Shown one piece after another: positions 11,000-22,403 of a stretch of DNA of 47,515 bases (positions are counted from its first letter, which is position 1; the number at the start of each line of letters is the position of its first letter). Made by a program: the position numbers and the translations under genes. Source of the DNA: Craspedostauros australis (lineage: Eukaryota); assembly GCA_030167865.1 (NCBI GenBank), contig JALAGF010006492.1:1-47515 (forward strand), read 5' to 3'. The notes below the pieces were generated by a model. The model searched no databases. It had not been told where the DNA came from and saw nothing but the letters and a program-made list of their open reading frames with translations.

Positions 11000-11404
11000 T
11001 CATCGATCCAACTCCAAAAACGTCCGCACCGCCTCCGAATCGGAGTTCCCGGACACCCGCAACAGATCATCCATGTACTCTTGCAACAGCTCCAACCGCC
11101 GACGCGCCAGATCATCACTGTGCAACTCCAAGAAGCACATGCCCGTGGGCAACGTCATCTCGTTGCTGTTGCTGCTGATTCCATGTTGACGATGCAGCCA
11201 CTGGAATTCGGAATAGCGTCGCATCACCTTCCACTCGGCATGTCCGCGGCGCACTGTGATTTCATAGTAATACGCGGGATGGTGCGTGTTGCCGCCGCAG
11301 AGTCTCCGTTGCGGCATCGCAGAAAGCCGATGGAAGGATCGGATTTGGATGGTGAAGAAGGAGTCATCAAACCGCGGTGACCAATCTTGTGGGGATAGAT
11401 ACAT
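11000..11404 (-). CDS. Small stand-alone PX (phox homology) domain protein, 134 aa
   Basis: YYYEITV...WKVMRRYSEFQWLH...LP...RRRLELLQEYMDDLL...VRTFLEL is the PX-domain pattern. Confidence 0.8.
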   Translation of the reverse strand: MYLSPQDWSPRFDDSFFTIQIRSFHRLSAMPQRRLCGGNTHHPAYYYEITVRRGHAEWKVMRRYSEFQWLHRQHGISSNSNEMTLPTGMCFLELHSDDLARRRLELLQEYMDDLLRVSGNSDSEAVRTFLELDR

Positions 11405-12034
11405 TTGACGTGAGGCAGCTGGGGCTCGAGCAGTGGCGGTGGTTGATGATGGTGGTGGATCGATTCTGAATCAAGCTCATAGAGACGCCACCTCGTCTTG
11501 TTCTTTTGAGGTGTCCCACCGTTGCGAGTGACTGCGCAATTGCCATCATCGTTCAGAGCATTCCCACAACACTCTCACGAACCCCCTGCCAACTCCACAC
11601 AAGGACAGAGACAGAGAGAGAGATGAAGAAAAGCGCCAAAAGTGCCAAAGATTGTGTTCGGTTCGACTCCAACGACCGACATTTGTGGGAGTCTCTCCTT
11701 GCCTCACATTTTGGATACGCAGAGCGCAAACAAAGCAATTTCCTCATTGACAGAGCACTCAGTATTTGTGCAGAGTAGAGTAGAGTAGAGTAGAGTATTA
11801 TACTCTCCGACATGACAGGAGGTGATGGGAGCAGGGTACCATACGAGTATGCGTCAAATACAAACCATCACGATGATGATCGTTGGTCTGTGATTCCTGC
11901 TCTTTTGTTTCCAGAATGGTCACAAGAAGACGGCGATACAATTGCTGCACAACCAGAACATTCGAGGAAGCCATCAAGACGCCACAAAGCAGCGCTGATC
12001 ATCCTTATCAAATCCTTCGGAAACCGTGGCAACC

Positions 12035-14104
12035 ATGACGAATGTGATACCGTGCCCATCGATCGTCCAATACCCCACTCAGACTTGCAAGCAAGGTTCC
12101 AAGTCCTTCATATACGAGCATGTCGACACTTCCATCATCACAGAAGCATCAACCGCTACTGCATTTACGGCAGCCACACTTGCGACGCTGGGCACGATTC
12201 CCTCCACAAGCACAATCTCTACATCCACCGCCACTACTGATACCAGCGATCTCAACAGGAGCAGCGACGGCAGGGATAGAAATCACAGCAACAGCGTCGA
12301 CGATGACTACCAGAGCAGCGACAATGGCAACAACTTCGCTATCATTGCCACCAACGCCACACACCCAAACCCGCCTCCAAGGAATCGGGATCCTCATGCC
12401 ATCGATGCATTCCTTCTCGACGATCATTCACATGCATTCCATTCTCTTACATACCCGTACACAAACGCACCACCAACCACAACAACAACCACAACAACAA
12501 CCAACACAAATGCAAATGCAAATGCAAATGCAAACACAAGTACAGACCAGCAGTTGCAGAAGCATGTTGAATCGGCATCTCAAACCACGAAGGCGACCGA
12601 CGTGCACGGACGGGTCAACATTGCGGAATCGCTGGTTGACCTTTTGTACACGTGGCTCAGCGCGGCTCCGTTGACGTCTCACGTGCAGCCTCTGCCATCC
12701 TTCTCGATGATGGAAGCCGTGCAGCTGTCCGTCCTCACCAACTCTCTCGCCATGATCCTCATGGCCTCGCAGCACAGCATGTCCCCAACATCAATCGATT
12801 CCTACGGTTCCAACCTCGTCCTCTCGCTGCACAGGCTCGCCAATGACTTCGGCTCTTGGAACGGCAGCCTCGAAGTCCAGGAGGTTATTCTCGGCAATGT
12901 CATGAGATCTGTGCGTTGCATCCGCCCGCACGTCCCCCACGCCTCCGAGCCTCTCCTCGATTCCCTCAGGATCATCCTCCAATCTCCCATCTCCAACGAC
13001 ATCCGCATCGCCACGGCCATGGTCTTCACGGAGTTCCTGGACAACCCCGAACGCGGGCAGCAACGGCATGCCGTGGCCAAGATCGAAGATGATTCCAGCA
13101 TCCTGATTTCCATTCTCAGCGTTGCGGCCATGGTGTCCGGTCCGACGCAGCAGGCGGCCGTCTTGCATTGCTTTGACCGGATAGTGACCCGATCCAGCCA
13201 GCTGCGGCAGAAGATGGCAAAGCGACGTTGCGCCATCCTCGCAATCGCCAAACTTCTCGAAGACCCGCGGCCGCCGATGCGCAAGAAGGCCCTGCAAGTG
13301 CTGAGCCGCATCCTCAACGATATGGTGGCCGCCATGATCCTCCTCACAAGCACGACGGAAAACCTCGAGCTGATCGTGGAATGCCTGATGTTCCGCCTGG
13401 AGGATGAGGCCGATCCCAAAATCTTATCCCTCACGATCGCGACCCTCTGCGACGCTTTCATGATCGACACCGGAGTCAACTTGCCCTTCGTCAACAAGCT
13501 GATCGCGCTGTACCAAGCCTCCGATGGCAAGGTGGCCAGGGCCGCCGCCAAAGCATTCTGCAGAATCGTTGAGTTACCCTGCGATCAGACACGCATCTAC
13601 TTGCACGTGGTCCATTTGCTGGGGCATCGCAATCGCAAGATCCGCATGCACGCATTGCGATGCATGGAGACCGTGTCGTCGTATTCCCAGATATCCTTCT
13701 TCTTTCTGACAGAAACGGATGCGTTGGACAGGGTCCTTCACATCTTCCAGCACCGCCATGCTTTGTACAAGCTCCGGGCATTGAATATTCTCAAGACATG
13801 GAGTTTGAACCCTGCCAATCATGATCTGTTGACAAAGACCAGTGTCTTCTTGGACGCTGTGGTAGGATCGTTGTTGCAGTCACCAACTCACCCCATCATC
13901 CAAATGTACGTCATCCGCATCATTTCGGCCATCCTGCCGATGTCGAGCGAGTCAGTCCCTTCGCTTTGGAGAGCGTACCCTAAGCTCTTACCTTGGCTCG
14001 TATTGGAGTCCAACAGACATGACACGGATGTTGCGATTCAACAACATCTGTCCACTCTTGTGATTCAGCTTTCCGAAGTGTTGTTGCAGGCCGTGTACGA
14101 GTAG
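12035..14104 (+). CDS. Hypothetical protein with low-complexity N-terminus and ARM/HEAT-like helical repeats
   Basis: An uninterrupted ORF of about 690 codons (first ATG 12035). The C-terminal half is Leu/Ala-rich and amphipathic (e.g. LLEDPRPPMRKKALQVLSRI, LLGHRNRKIRMHALRCM). Confidence 0.65.
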   Translation: MTNVIPCPSIVQYPTQTCKQGSKSFIYEHVDTSIITEASTATAFTAATLATLGTIPSTSTISTSTATTDTSDLNRSSDGRDRNHSNSVDDDYQSSDNGNNFAIIATNATHPNPPPRNRDPHAIDAFLLDDHSHAFHSLTYPYTNAPPTTTTTTTTTNTNANANANANTSTDQQLQKHVESASQTTKATDVHGRVNIAESLVDLLYTWLSAAPLTSHVQPLPSFSMMEAVQLSVLTNSLAMILMASQHSMSPTSIDSYGSNLVLSLHRLANDFGSWNGSLEVQEVILGNVMRSVRCIRPHVPHASEPLLDSLRIILQSPISNDIRIATAMVFTEFLDNPERGQQRHAVAKIEDDSSILISILSVAAMVSGPTQQAAVLHCFDRIVTRSSQLRQKMAKRRCAILAIAKLLEDPRPPMRKKALQVLSRILNDMVAAMILLTSTTENLELIVECLMFRLEDEADPKILSLTIATLCDAFMIDTGVNLPFVNKLIALYQASDGKVARAAAKAFCRIVELPCDQTRIYLHVVHLLGHRNRKIRMHALRCMETVSSYSQISFFFLTETDALDRVLHIFQHRHALYKLRALNILKTWSLNPANHDLLTKTSVFLDAVVGSLLQSPTHPIIQMYVIRIISAILPMSSESVPSLWRAYPKLLPWLVLESNRHDTDVAIQQHLSTLVIQLSEVLLQAVYE

Positions 14105-14523
14105 AGCCGATTGTTGGTTCGACCACGACCTATGTGCAACGAGTACCATGCGCACGATCGATGATGTAGAGCAGAACAGAGCAGGGTGCGGGTCTCACTA
14201 GCTTCGATGTCTGAAGCGTATTGTCTCCAATTGAAGGCCCATGAAAGGTATCTTTCATGATGACACGAAAAGATCCAAACCCATCAGCGAGGGGAGAAGC
14301 GAAACCGAACAAACACGGGAAGATCAAACACAGAGGCCAAGGAGATGAACAAGCCACCACACTTCAGAGACACGAACAGTGGTATGGCTGACCCTCTTCA
14401 TTGATATAGAACTATAATAAATACGAAGCTTCTTCATTTCACCTCAATTCGATTCAATTCATTGGACCCCAGGGCGTGCAACGAACCTATTCTACGTGAC
14501 ATCACATTGATCCGTCCTGCTCA

Positions 14524-16990
14524 ATGATTTCCTTTCCGCGCATCAAGCTTGCAGCCGCTGTGGCCATTTGCTGCCTACTCGTACAGCAATCAGACGCCTC
14601 GATCCTTGTCGTCGGTTCGCTGAATGCAGACACCTTCCTCCCGGTGTCAAGACTGCCGCAAGAGGGCGAGAACCTCACGGTGCCAAAGGGAAAGAGTCCC
14701 ATCATCGATGTGCCTGGTGGCAAGGGATGCACACAGGCCGTGGCCGCGTCCAAGCTCTCCAAGCAGAAGGTCGCGTTTCTCGGCCAATTTGGCAACGATT
14801 CTGCAGCAACTGTGCTTCGGAATGCGCTCGAGGATGCATCCATCGATGTATCGCGGTGCACGACGCACGCGGATATCCCCAGCGGACGAGGCTACGTCTT
14901 TCTCGCAGAATCTGGCTCGGTGAGTGCCGTTGTCAGTGGCGGGAGCAACGCAGACGGCTGGAGTTCCTGGGAACTGCATCAGCGGAACACTCTTATCGGT
15001 GATGCTGCTCCTGCTGCATTAGAAACGACGACAACAGTTGATGCTGATGTCGATGGCGATGACGATGACGACAAGAGCAAGGCCATATCTAGAGATGAGA
15101 TTGACGAAATGTTAGAAGGAGTCTCTTGCGTCATGCTGCAACGTGAAGTTCCAGAGTACGTCAACTACATCATCGCAAGAGCAGCCAAACAGAAGGGTGG
15201 TATCATCGTGGTTCAAGATGTTGGAGGCGAAGATCGATCGATCTCATCGGACATGCTGCGATGCTGCGATTACATTATTCCCAATGAAACTGAGCTTTTG
15301 CGATTGACCTCCAGCGATGACGCTGGCATTGGAAACATTCAGGATTCAATGAACGATCTTGATAACCTCGATGGCGAGGGCGAAGATGCTCTCATTCTGA
15401 AGAAGGCGCGGCAGCTGCAGCAGCTGGGAGCTCGAAATGTCCTCGTCACGAGAGGAAGTCGCGGCTCGATGTTGCTAACTGAAGATGGGCAGGTCTTGCA
15501 TCAGCCTGCCTACAAACTGTCGGAAGGACGTGTTGTTGACGAAACGGGGGCAGGTGACTGCTACAGATCTGCATTCGCCGTCTCCTTGCTCGAAGGGCTG
15601 CCGTTGCAACGATGCATGCAATTTGCAAGCGCGGCTGGGTCGTGTGCGGTGGAACATCAAGGGTGAGTGGCACATTCGACCAGACGGAGAACCGAATACC
15701 ACACGAGTAGTGGGGGGATCCTATCTCAAGAGTTTCGAAGTATACCAGGCGAACCCACGATCGTACGAGTATGAGTGAGAACTATGCATGGCCTATGTGT
15801 GTGTCATCCCTTGCACCCCTGGCTATTGATATCTCACATACCAACTCCCTGATCATGTGCCCTTTCATTTGTACAGTGCCGTGCCTTCCACACCAACGCG
15901 ATCGACGGTGGAAAAGCGCTTTGAGGAGAAACTCCATCCTGACACCGCCGACGCACACAGTGCAACCACGGCATCCCTACACATTCGCGGTGGTGCGCCC
16001 AAACAAGATGACGAATTTCTTTTCCTCATTGGATCTCGTCTGAATTCCATGAAAGATAGACCCGAGCTATATTCCGATGCACTCGAGACCCCGGCTGACT
16101 TTGTCAAGCGACAGGCGACGATCGACGGCTTAACATGCGTGGATTTCAACTACCCCCAGCACTTTCATTCCTGGACGGCCTCCGAGGCTAGAACCGCGTT
16201 GGACGATGCTGGGCTTCGGGCTGGCGCTGTTTGCTTACGGTACCCATCCAGGTTTGCTCGCGGTGCCATGAACCATCCGGATGAATCGTTGCGAAAGGAA
16301 GCGATTCGTCTAACAATGGAAGCTGCCGAGGTTGCTGCAGAACTTGGATGCGACGAGGTGGTCGTGTGGAGCGCGTACGATGGCTACGATTACATGTTCC
16401 AGGTGAATTACGACCAGAAGTGGGATCAGCTCGTGGATGCCTTCCGCCAGTGCTGCGATGCCTTTCCGGACATCAAGTTCTCGCTGGAGTACAAGCCGAC
16501 GGATGAAAATACTCGCTTCTTCACCGTCCCGACCACAGGAGCCGCCATGCAGTTGGTGGATGACATCGATAGACCCAACATGGGATTGACCTTGGACGTG
16601 GGCCACATGCTCATGGCCGGTGAGAATCCAGGTCAATCCATCGCCATGGTGGGGAGGAAGCGGAAGCTGTTTGGGATCCAGCTGAATGATGGCTTCACTC
16701 GTCTTGCGGCCGAGGACGGTCTGATGTTCGGTTCCGTCCATCCCGGTCAGGCCTTGGAGATCATGTACCAACTTCATCGGACACAATTCGCTGGCCATTT
16801 CTACTTCGACACGTTCCCGCAGCGCAGCGATCCGGTGAAGGAGGCGGAATACAACATCCGTCAGGCGAAGCGGTTCTGGCACGCTGCGACGAAGATTGAT
16901 GCGGAGCGCTTGCAGCAGCTACAGCAGGAACATGATGCCATCGCTGCGCTGGAGCTGATCAACGAGTCGCTATTCAATGGAGGTGACTGA
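14524..16990 (+). CDS. Signal peptide + PfkB/ribokinase-family kinase fused to a xylose-isomerase-like TIM-barrel sugar isomerase, ~750 aa (exons 14524-15662, 15877-16990)
   Basis: Kinase motifs: VVGSLNAD, PGGKG, PNETEL, VTRGSRG, VDETGAGD. Intron 15663-15876 (GTGAGT...CAG) restores the ribokinase C-terminus GAVPSTPTR. Isomerase motifs: DGYDYMFQ, LEYKP, LTLDVGH, QLND, EDGL.FG, FDTFP. Confidence 0.85.
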
Positions 16991-17464
16991 GAACGCACAA
17001 ATATGCACCATACACGATTGTACGTATTATGCAGCGAGGCATACATACCATGCTAGTACGAACTAATAGGCAACTGCGGGCGCGTAAATCAGCACCTGCA
17101 ACAAATCACGCTTTCCTCTCCTCTACTCCTTTGTGACTCACGCCGCAACAACGGTATACACATTGATTGCAAGAACATGCAACAGAGTAGACGAGGTCTG
17201 TGTTGCGCATACTGTGTCGTACTGGATACATTTGCATTCATTGTGTTATAACTCGCAGCACCAAATTACGAGATGATGTACCAGGCGTAGAGTATGGACG
17301 TAGGACGAGCGCCGTTGCTCTCCGCTCCGAAATTCCTCTGTTCCACTCCGCTCAACTGGTGCGGGATGCTGGCGCTGGCGATGATCGGCGGTGCTCTGTC
17401 TGCGGAAGCACGCATGCCTGCTCGTACTTAAATACTGGTGAAATAGCTTTGCTGTGTTGGTTCT

Positions 17465-19864
17465 TTATCGCTTGCGCGAACGTTTACGACTTCGGCTGGA
17501 GTACGAGGAGTAGGATCCAGACGACGAGGATGACCCGCTGCTGCTGCTGCCCGAGCTTCCGGATGAATACGACCCAGATGACGAGGAAGAGGAGGAGCTG
17601 CTGGAATCACTGTCGCTGCTGTCGCTGTCGGTATCACTGTCACTGCTGGAGTCGCTGTCGCTGCTGGAATCCGACGATGACGACGACGAAGATGACGACG
17701 AAGATGAGACCGAGGAATCATCGCCCATCGCTGCCTTCGCTGCAGCCGCCTTCTTGGCCTGCATGAGGATGAGCTTGGGGGCATTCTTGAGGTATTCTCT
17801 GAGATCATCGGTCAATGGACCCAGGCCGATGGAGGTGAAGAAGTTGATGGCGTAACGGGTGTTTCGGACATTGTCCCGAGGAAACATGCCTCGGAACCAT
17901 TGCGACGATTCTTCGTCGTTGCTTTCGAATCGCTCCTTGAGCTTTCTCATTCCAATGGCCTCGGACAGTTCCTGCACGACGATCTTGATAAAGATACGGG
18001 ACGAGGACGTCGTCTCATCTTCGTTGAGACGGATGACGGACATGACCTCCCAGGACAGCGCGTCTGTGTGCAAAAGATGGGCAAAGAGCTTGGCCACGTT
18101 CCTCAATTTGTTGGTCTCGAGGCGGTGGATGGTGGTGTACTGTTCGATGAAGGATTTTTGGAAGGCGTCGCTCCAGCGGTCGTCGATCATGCAGAAGCGA
18201 GCCGAGATGAGGCCGTAGTACCGCAGGAACGTCCTCTCCTGAGAGCAGCATTCGATGAGCATGTTGATGAGCTCTTCCTCTTTGCCCCTGGGGATGCTGA
18301 TCCTGTTGAGCTTGTGCGTACATTCTTCGAACGTAGCACTGGACATGATGGTGAGGTAGATGGTACGACGGAGGTGGACGAGATCATCTTCGGTCATGTC
18401 CTGGATGGGCGTTGCCACGGCTTGCTGGGAGCCCGATGGCGCAACGACGATCTCTCCGTCGTTATTTCCATCGTCGCTGTCGTCATCGTCGTCGTCGTCG
18501 TCGTCACTATCATCATCGTCAGATCCGCTGTCATCGTCGGACGAGTCGCTGCCCGATCCCGATCCACTGTCGGAATCGGAGTCGCTCTCACCTCCGAGAC
18601 CGAGGATCTCGGCTTGGATGCCCTTCCATTCCTTCTCGCTCTCGTCAAAGTCGTCATCGATCTTGAAGGTGTTGAGGTGGTCGAGGCTGAGGATGTCCTC
18701 GTCGTCAAGGTCGATCTCGAAGGTGATCTGATCGTCGCTCTCCACCAGATCGAGATCGTCGGCCATCGGTGGATGGTCACGGAATCCCCTCTTGCGCTGC
18801 TTGAAGAGCTGCTCCATCTTGTACTCAACACGCTTGCTGAGCGTCCCCTCGTGGAGAAGTGCTCGGAGACGATCCAGGACCGCTCGCACTCCCTTGCTGC
18901 TGACCTCGAGCAGGGCGTTGCCAGTGAGGGTGAGGAGGCGGGCCGCGACCTCCACCGAATCGTTGGTGGGATCCCCATCGAGCAAGACGCTGAGGAGCTG
19001 CAGGATGACGATCTCGTGCACGACCCCCTGGTGGAATAGATGAGCCAGGAACGTGCAGATTGCTTCGCACCGGGTCTTCTCGCGACGCTTGTAGTGGCCG
19101 CGGAATGCCAGGATGGCTCTGTGCACGCATAGCTCTCCGATTTCTGGCAGCTTGGAGTTGATGACGGAAATGAGGGCCGCGTAGACGTTGGCAAATGCCG
19201 GCGAGCTCATGGTGGCAAGGAGCACCGACTTGGACAGGACGCCGCGAAGCCGAACGAGGTTGACCTTTTCGAAGAGGTCTTGGATGAGGGGCTTGATCGT
19301 TCCAGCGTTCAAGCGGTTGATGGTGCCATGGATGACACGGGTCTGCTTCAGCCAAAGCTCCTGCTGCTTGTCGGGAGGGGTGATGTTCTCCTCGGCTCCC
19401 TCTTCCTCACTTTCGTCGCCATCGCTGCCATCGGCATCTCCATTGGCCTTGCCAGCAGCCTTCTCTGCAGCCTTGCGTGCTTTCTCCTCTTCCATCTGTC
19501 GCCTCTTGGCGGGTGGGATGTAGAGGGTGGGATCGACGGTGCGATTGGCCTTGCCATTTTCATTGCGAGGCACGGGGGTGGAGTCGTTTCGCTTCTGGCG
19601 CTTCGCGGCCTGAACGTGCTCCTCGTCGTTGCGGATTTCCCCTTCGTCGCTGCTGCTGTCGCTGTTTTTGTTGCTGGTCTTGTTGTTGTTTTTGTTGTTG
19701 CTCTTACTGCTGTTGCTGCTCTTACTGCCACTGCCACTGCTGTTGCTGCCACTGCTGCTGTCGCTACCGCTGCTGCTGCTGCTGCTGCTACTATCGTCGG
19801 AGTCCGAATCGGACTCGTCGCGACGTCGCTTGTTGCGGCGATCTGAGGAGGTTTCCTTCGCCAT
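17465..19864 (-). CDS. CWC22: Pre-mRNA-splicing factor CWC22 (MIF4G + MA3 domains), 799 aa
   Basis: Motifs YIPPAK, INSKLPEIGEL, LRRTIYLTIMSS..FEEC.HKL, ECCSQERT, IHRLETNKLRNVAK, TTSSSRIFIKI and RYAINFFTSIGLG.LT, with Ser/Asp-rich termini. Confidence 0.95.
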   Translation of the reverse strand: MAKETSSDRRNKRRRDESDSDSDDSSSSSSSSGSDSSSGSNSSGSGSKSSNSSKSNNKNNNKTSNKNSDSSSDEGEIRNDEEHVQAAKRQKRNDSTPVPRNENGKANRTVDPTLYIPPAKRRQMEEEKARKAAEKAAGKANGDADGSDGDESEEEGAEENITPPDKQQELWLKQTRVIHGTINRLNAGTIKPLIQDLFEKVNLVRLRGVLSKSVLLATMSSPAFANVYAALISVINSKLPEIGELCVHRAILAFRGHYKRREKTRCEAICTFLAHLFHQGVVHEIVILQLLSVLLDGDPTNDSVEVAARLLTLTGNALLEVSSKGVRAVLDRLRALLHEGTLSKRVEYKMEQLFKQRKRGFRDHPPMADDLDLVESDDQITFEIDLDDEDILSLDHLNTFKIDDDFDESEKEWKGIQAEILGLGGESDSDSDSGSGSGSDSSDDDSGSDDDDSDDDDDDDDDSDDGNNDGEIVVAPSGSQQAVATPIQDMTEDDLVHLRRTIYLTIMSSATFEECTHKLNRISIPRGKEEELINMLIECCSQERTFLRYYGLISARFCMIDDRWSDAFQKSFIEQYTTIHRLETNKLRNVAKLFAHLLHTDALSWEVMSVIRLNEDETTSSSRIFIKIVVQELSEAIGMRKLKERFESNDEESSQWFRGMFPRDNVRNTRYAINFFTSIGLGPLTDDLREYLKNAPKLILMQAKKAAAAKAAMGDDSSVSSSSSSSSSSSSDSSSDSDSSSDSDTDSDSSDSDSSSSSSSSSSGSYSSGSSGSSSSGSSSSSGSYSSYSSRSRKRSRKR

Positions 19865-20709
19865 GATCGTCAGCTACCTCCGAGCCCTGGTCTTGATCTT
19901 GATCTTGATCTTGTTGTGCCTTGTTGTCGATTGGGGGATGTGAGCTCTCTGTTGTCAATCCACGTATCTATCACGATAATGGTGGGCACAAGAACGAATG
20001 ATGTTGATGTGACCACTGCTGCTTTCGTTGTTCCTGGCGTTGTGGTTTGGTTGTCCATCCATCCACCCACCTGTCGTTGGCGTGTGTTTGTCCTCTTTGG
20101 CAGACCCACACCCGCATCCGCATCCGCATCCAATCGATCAATCGATCAATCGATCAGTCGGCTGATCCATCCATCCATCCATCCGTCCATGCATCAACAA
20201 ACAACAAAAAGTGGCGCAAAACTTGGTTGGCTGTGTGGTTGTTGTTTGGAGCTTGATTCTTGCGGGACCCATCGGGCAATAGTGGGTGGAAGTTAGCGAC
20301 ATGTCCGTAAACTATTAGTCGCTTCAGTCAATTCGACTGAGCAGACAGCACCACTTTTTCGAACAAGTTCTGCAGGGATCCGCAGATTGCGAAGGAGGTC
20401 ACAATGGCGCACTCACCGATCTTTGCGCGTCGGTGTTTTCTGGGCCACAACGCAGAGAGACACCAACAACGATCACTACGAACACGTGACTTCTGTAAAC
20501 AGGAACAGCGCCAACACTCTCGCCCACATCAGGAATCGCACGAGCCACTCGTTCCAATACGATAGCTGTCTCTCTCTCTCTCTCTCTCTTGACGAAAGAA
20601 AGAAAGCAAACGAGGAAGCAAGAAAGAGAGAACAACGACAACAGACGCAACACCAAGCGCACATAGCCGTTCCAGAAACTACGATAAAAGAGAAACATCC
20701 ACAAGCATC

Positions 20710-22403
20710 ATGGCCACCGCAGCTGTTATGCCTCCAAGCGCTCTGAGCGTGCCTGTGAGTCTTCGTCATGGATTTGGTTGAGATGGGGTCATGTCGTGAT
20801 CGCCGTGTGGCTGTGTGTCAATCCTTAGGCACAGAGTCCGGACGCCGCGGATTGCTCGCGTCTGGGGGCATACGCTCTGGCTATCGTCGTCGGTGACAAG
20901 CAAGACGAGGATTCTTGAGAAAGGCATGCCTTGCCGTGGTTGCAATCGTTGTCATCATCGTCATCGTGTACTATCCTTCTCTGCTGTTGCGCTGCTCTTT
21001 TCTGACTTCTTCTGCTCTACGCCTTTCCCATTGTTCGTTCTTGGGTGTGCAATTCGCTGCTACCATCACATCAACTCCATCTCCCTTCCAAACCTGCGTG
21101 CATCGGCACAAACCAACGACGACAAACGCCAATAACGATACTGATCACCATGTCGATGCCGACGTCGCTGCCACTGTAAATGATGTCGTGATTGCAGAGC
21201 GCAGCAGGTGCTAAAGTCTCCATCCCATCTCCCATGGCAGAAGACAAGGATGAAGAGCAGCTCGATTTGTACCATGAGATGAAGAGCCTTGAGAAGCAGC
21301 TCGAGTTCATAGAACTGCAGGAGGAGTACCTGAAGGATGAAATGAAGCACCTGCAGCGCGAGCTGCTTCGCGCCAAGGAGGAGATCCGGCGCATCCAATC
21401 CGTCCCCCTGGTCATCGGGCAGTTCAACGAAATGATCGATGCCAACTACGGCATCGTTTCCAGCACCGCGGGATCCAACTACTACGTGCGAATACTCAGT
21501 ACCTTGGATCGCGAGCTGCTGAAGCCAAACACCAGCATCGCGCTGCACCGCCATTCTCACTCCGTGGTGGACATCCTCCCACCTGAGAGCGACTCCACTG
21601 TCAAATTGATGACCGAAAAGCCGGACGTGTCCTACAAGGACATCGGAGGTCTCGACATGCAGAAGCAGGAAGTCCGGGAGGCCATCGAGCTGCCTCTCAT
21701 CCAGCACCATCTGTACCAGCAGATCGGAATTGATCCACCGCGCGGAGTGCTGCTGTACGGTCCACCAGGAACTGGAAAGACGATGATGGCGAAGGCGGTT
21801 GCCAACTCGACGGAAGCGACCTTCATCTCCATGGTCGGATCCGAATTCGTTCAGAAATACCTCGGTGAGGGACCGCGCATGGTTCGTGATGTGTTCCGTC
21901 TCGCGCGCGAGAACTCCCCTTGCATCGTGTTCATTGATGAGATCGATGCCATTGCGACGAAGCGTTTTGACGCACAGACGGGTGCCGATCGAGAGGTTCA
22001 GCGCATCCTGCTGGAGCTTCTCAACCAGATGGATGGTTTCGACCAAACCACCAACATCAAGGTCATCATGGCGACCAACCGTGCTGATACTTTGGATCCT
22101 GCCTTGCTGCGACCAGGTCGTCTTGACCGAAAGATCGAATTCCCAAATCCAGACCGACGACAGAAGCGCATGGTGTTCCAAGCCGCGACATCCAGCATGA
22201 ACCTCAGCGATGATCTCGACCTGGAGAACTACGTCAACCGCAGCGAGAAGGTGTCATCGGCAGACATCAGCTCGATCTGCGCGGAATCCGGATTGCAGGC
22301 AGTCCGTGAGAACAGATACGTCGTCCTTCCAAAGGACTTTGACGCAGCCTACAAGAAGGTCGTGAGCAACCGCGAGAAGGAGCTCGCCTTTTACACCATC
22401 TAA
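20710..22403 (+). CDS. RPT3: 26S proteasome AAA-ATPase subunit RPT3 (PSMC4/S6B) (probable exons 20710-20754, 21198-22403; alternative start 21234)
   Basis: Motifs [40 protein letters not shown], Walker [34 protein letters not shown]. The short first exon [15 protein letters not shown] joins in frame via GTGAGT...CAG. Confidence 0.95.

Noticed and set aside
11660..11670. GGTTCGACTCC, a tRNA T-loop/B-box match
   Set aside because: There is no proper T-stem, D-arm or acceptor stem around it.
15664..15666. TGA ending the kinase ORF as possible selenocysteine or readthrough
   Set aside because: It is part of the GTGAGT splice donor, and splicing restores the expected sequence.
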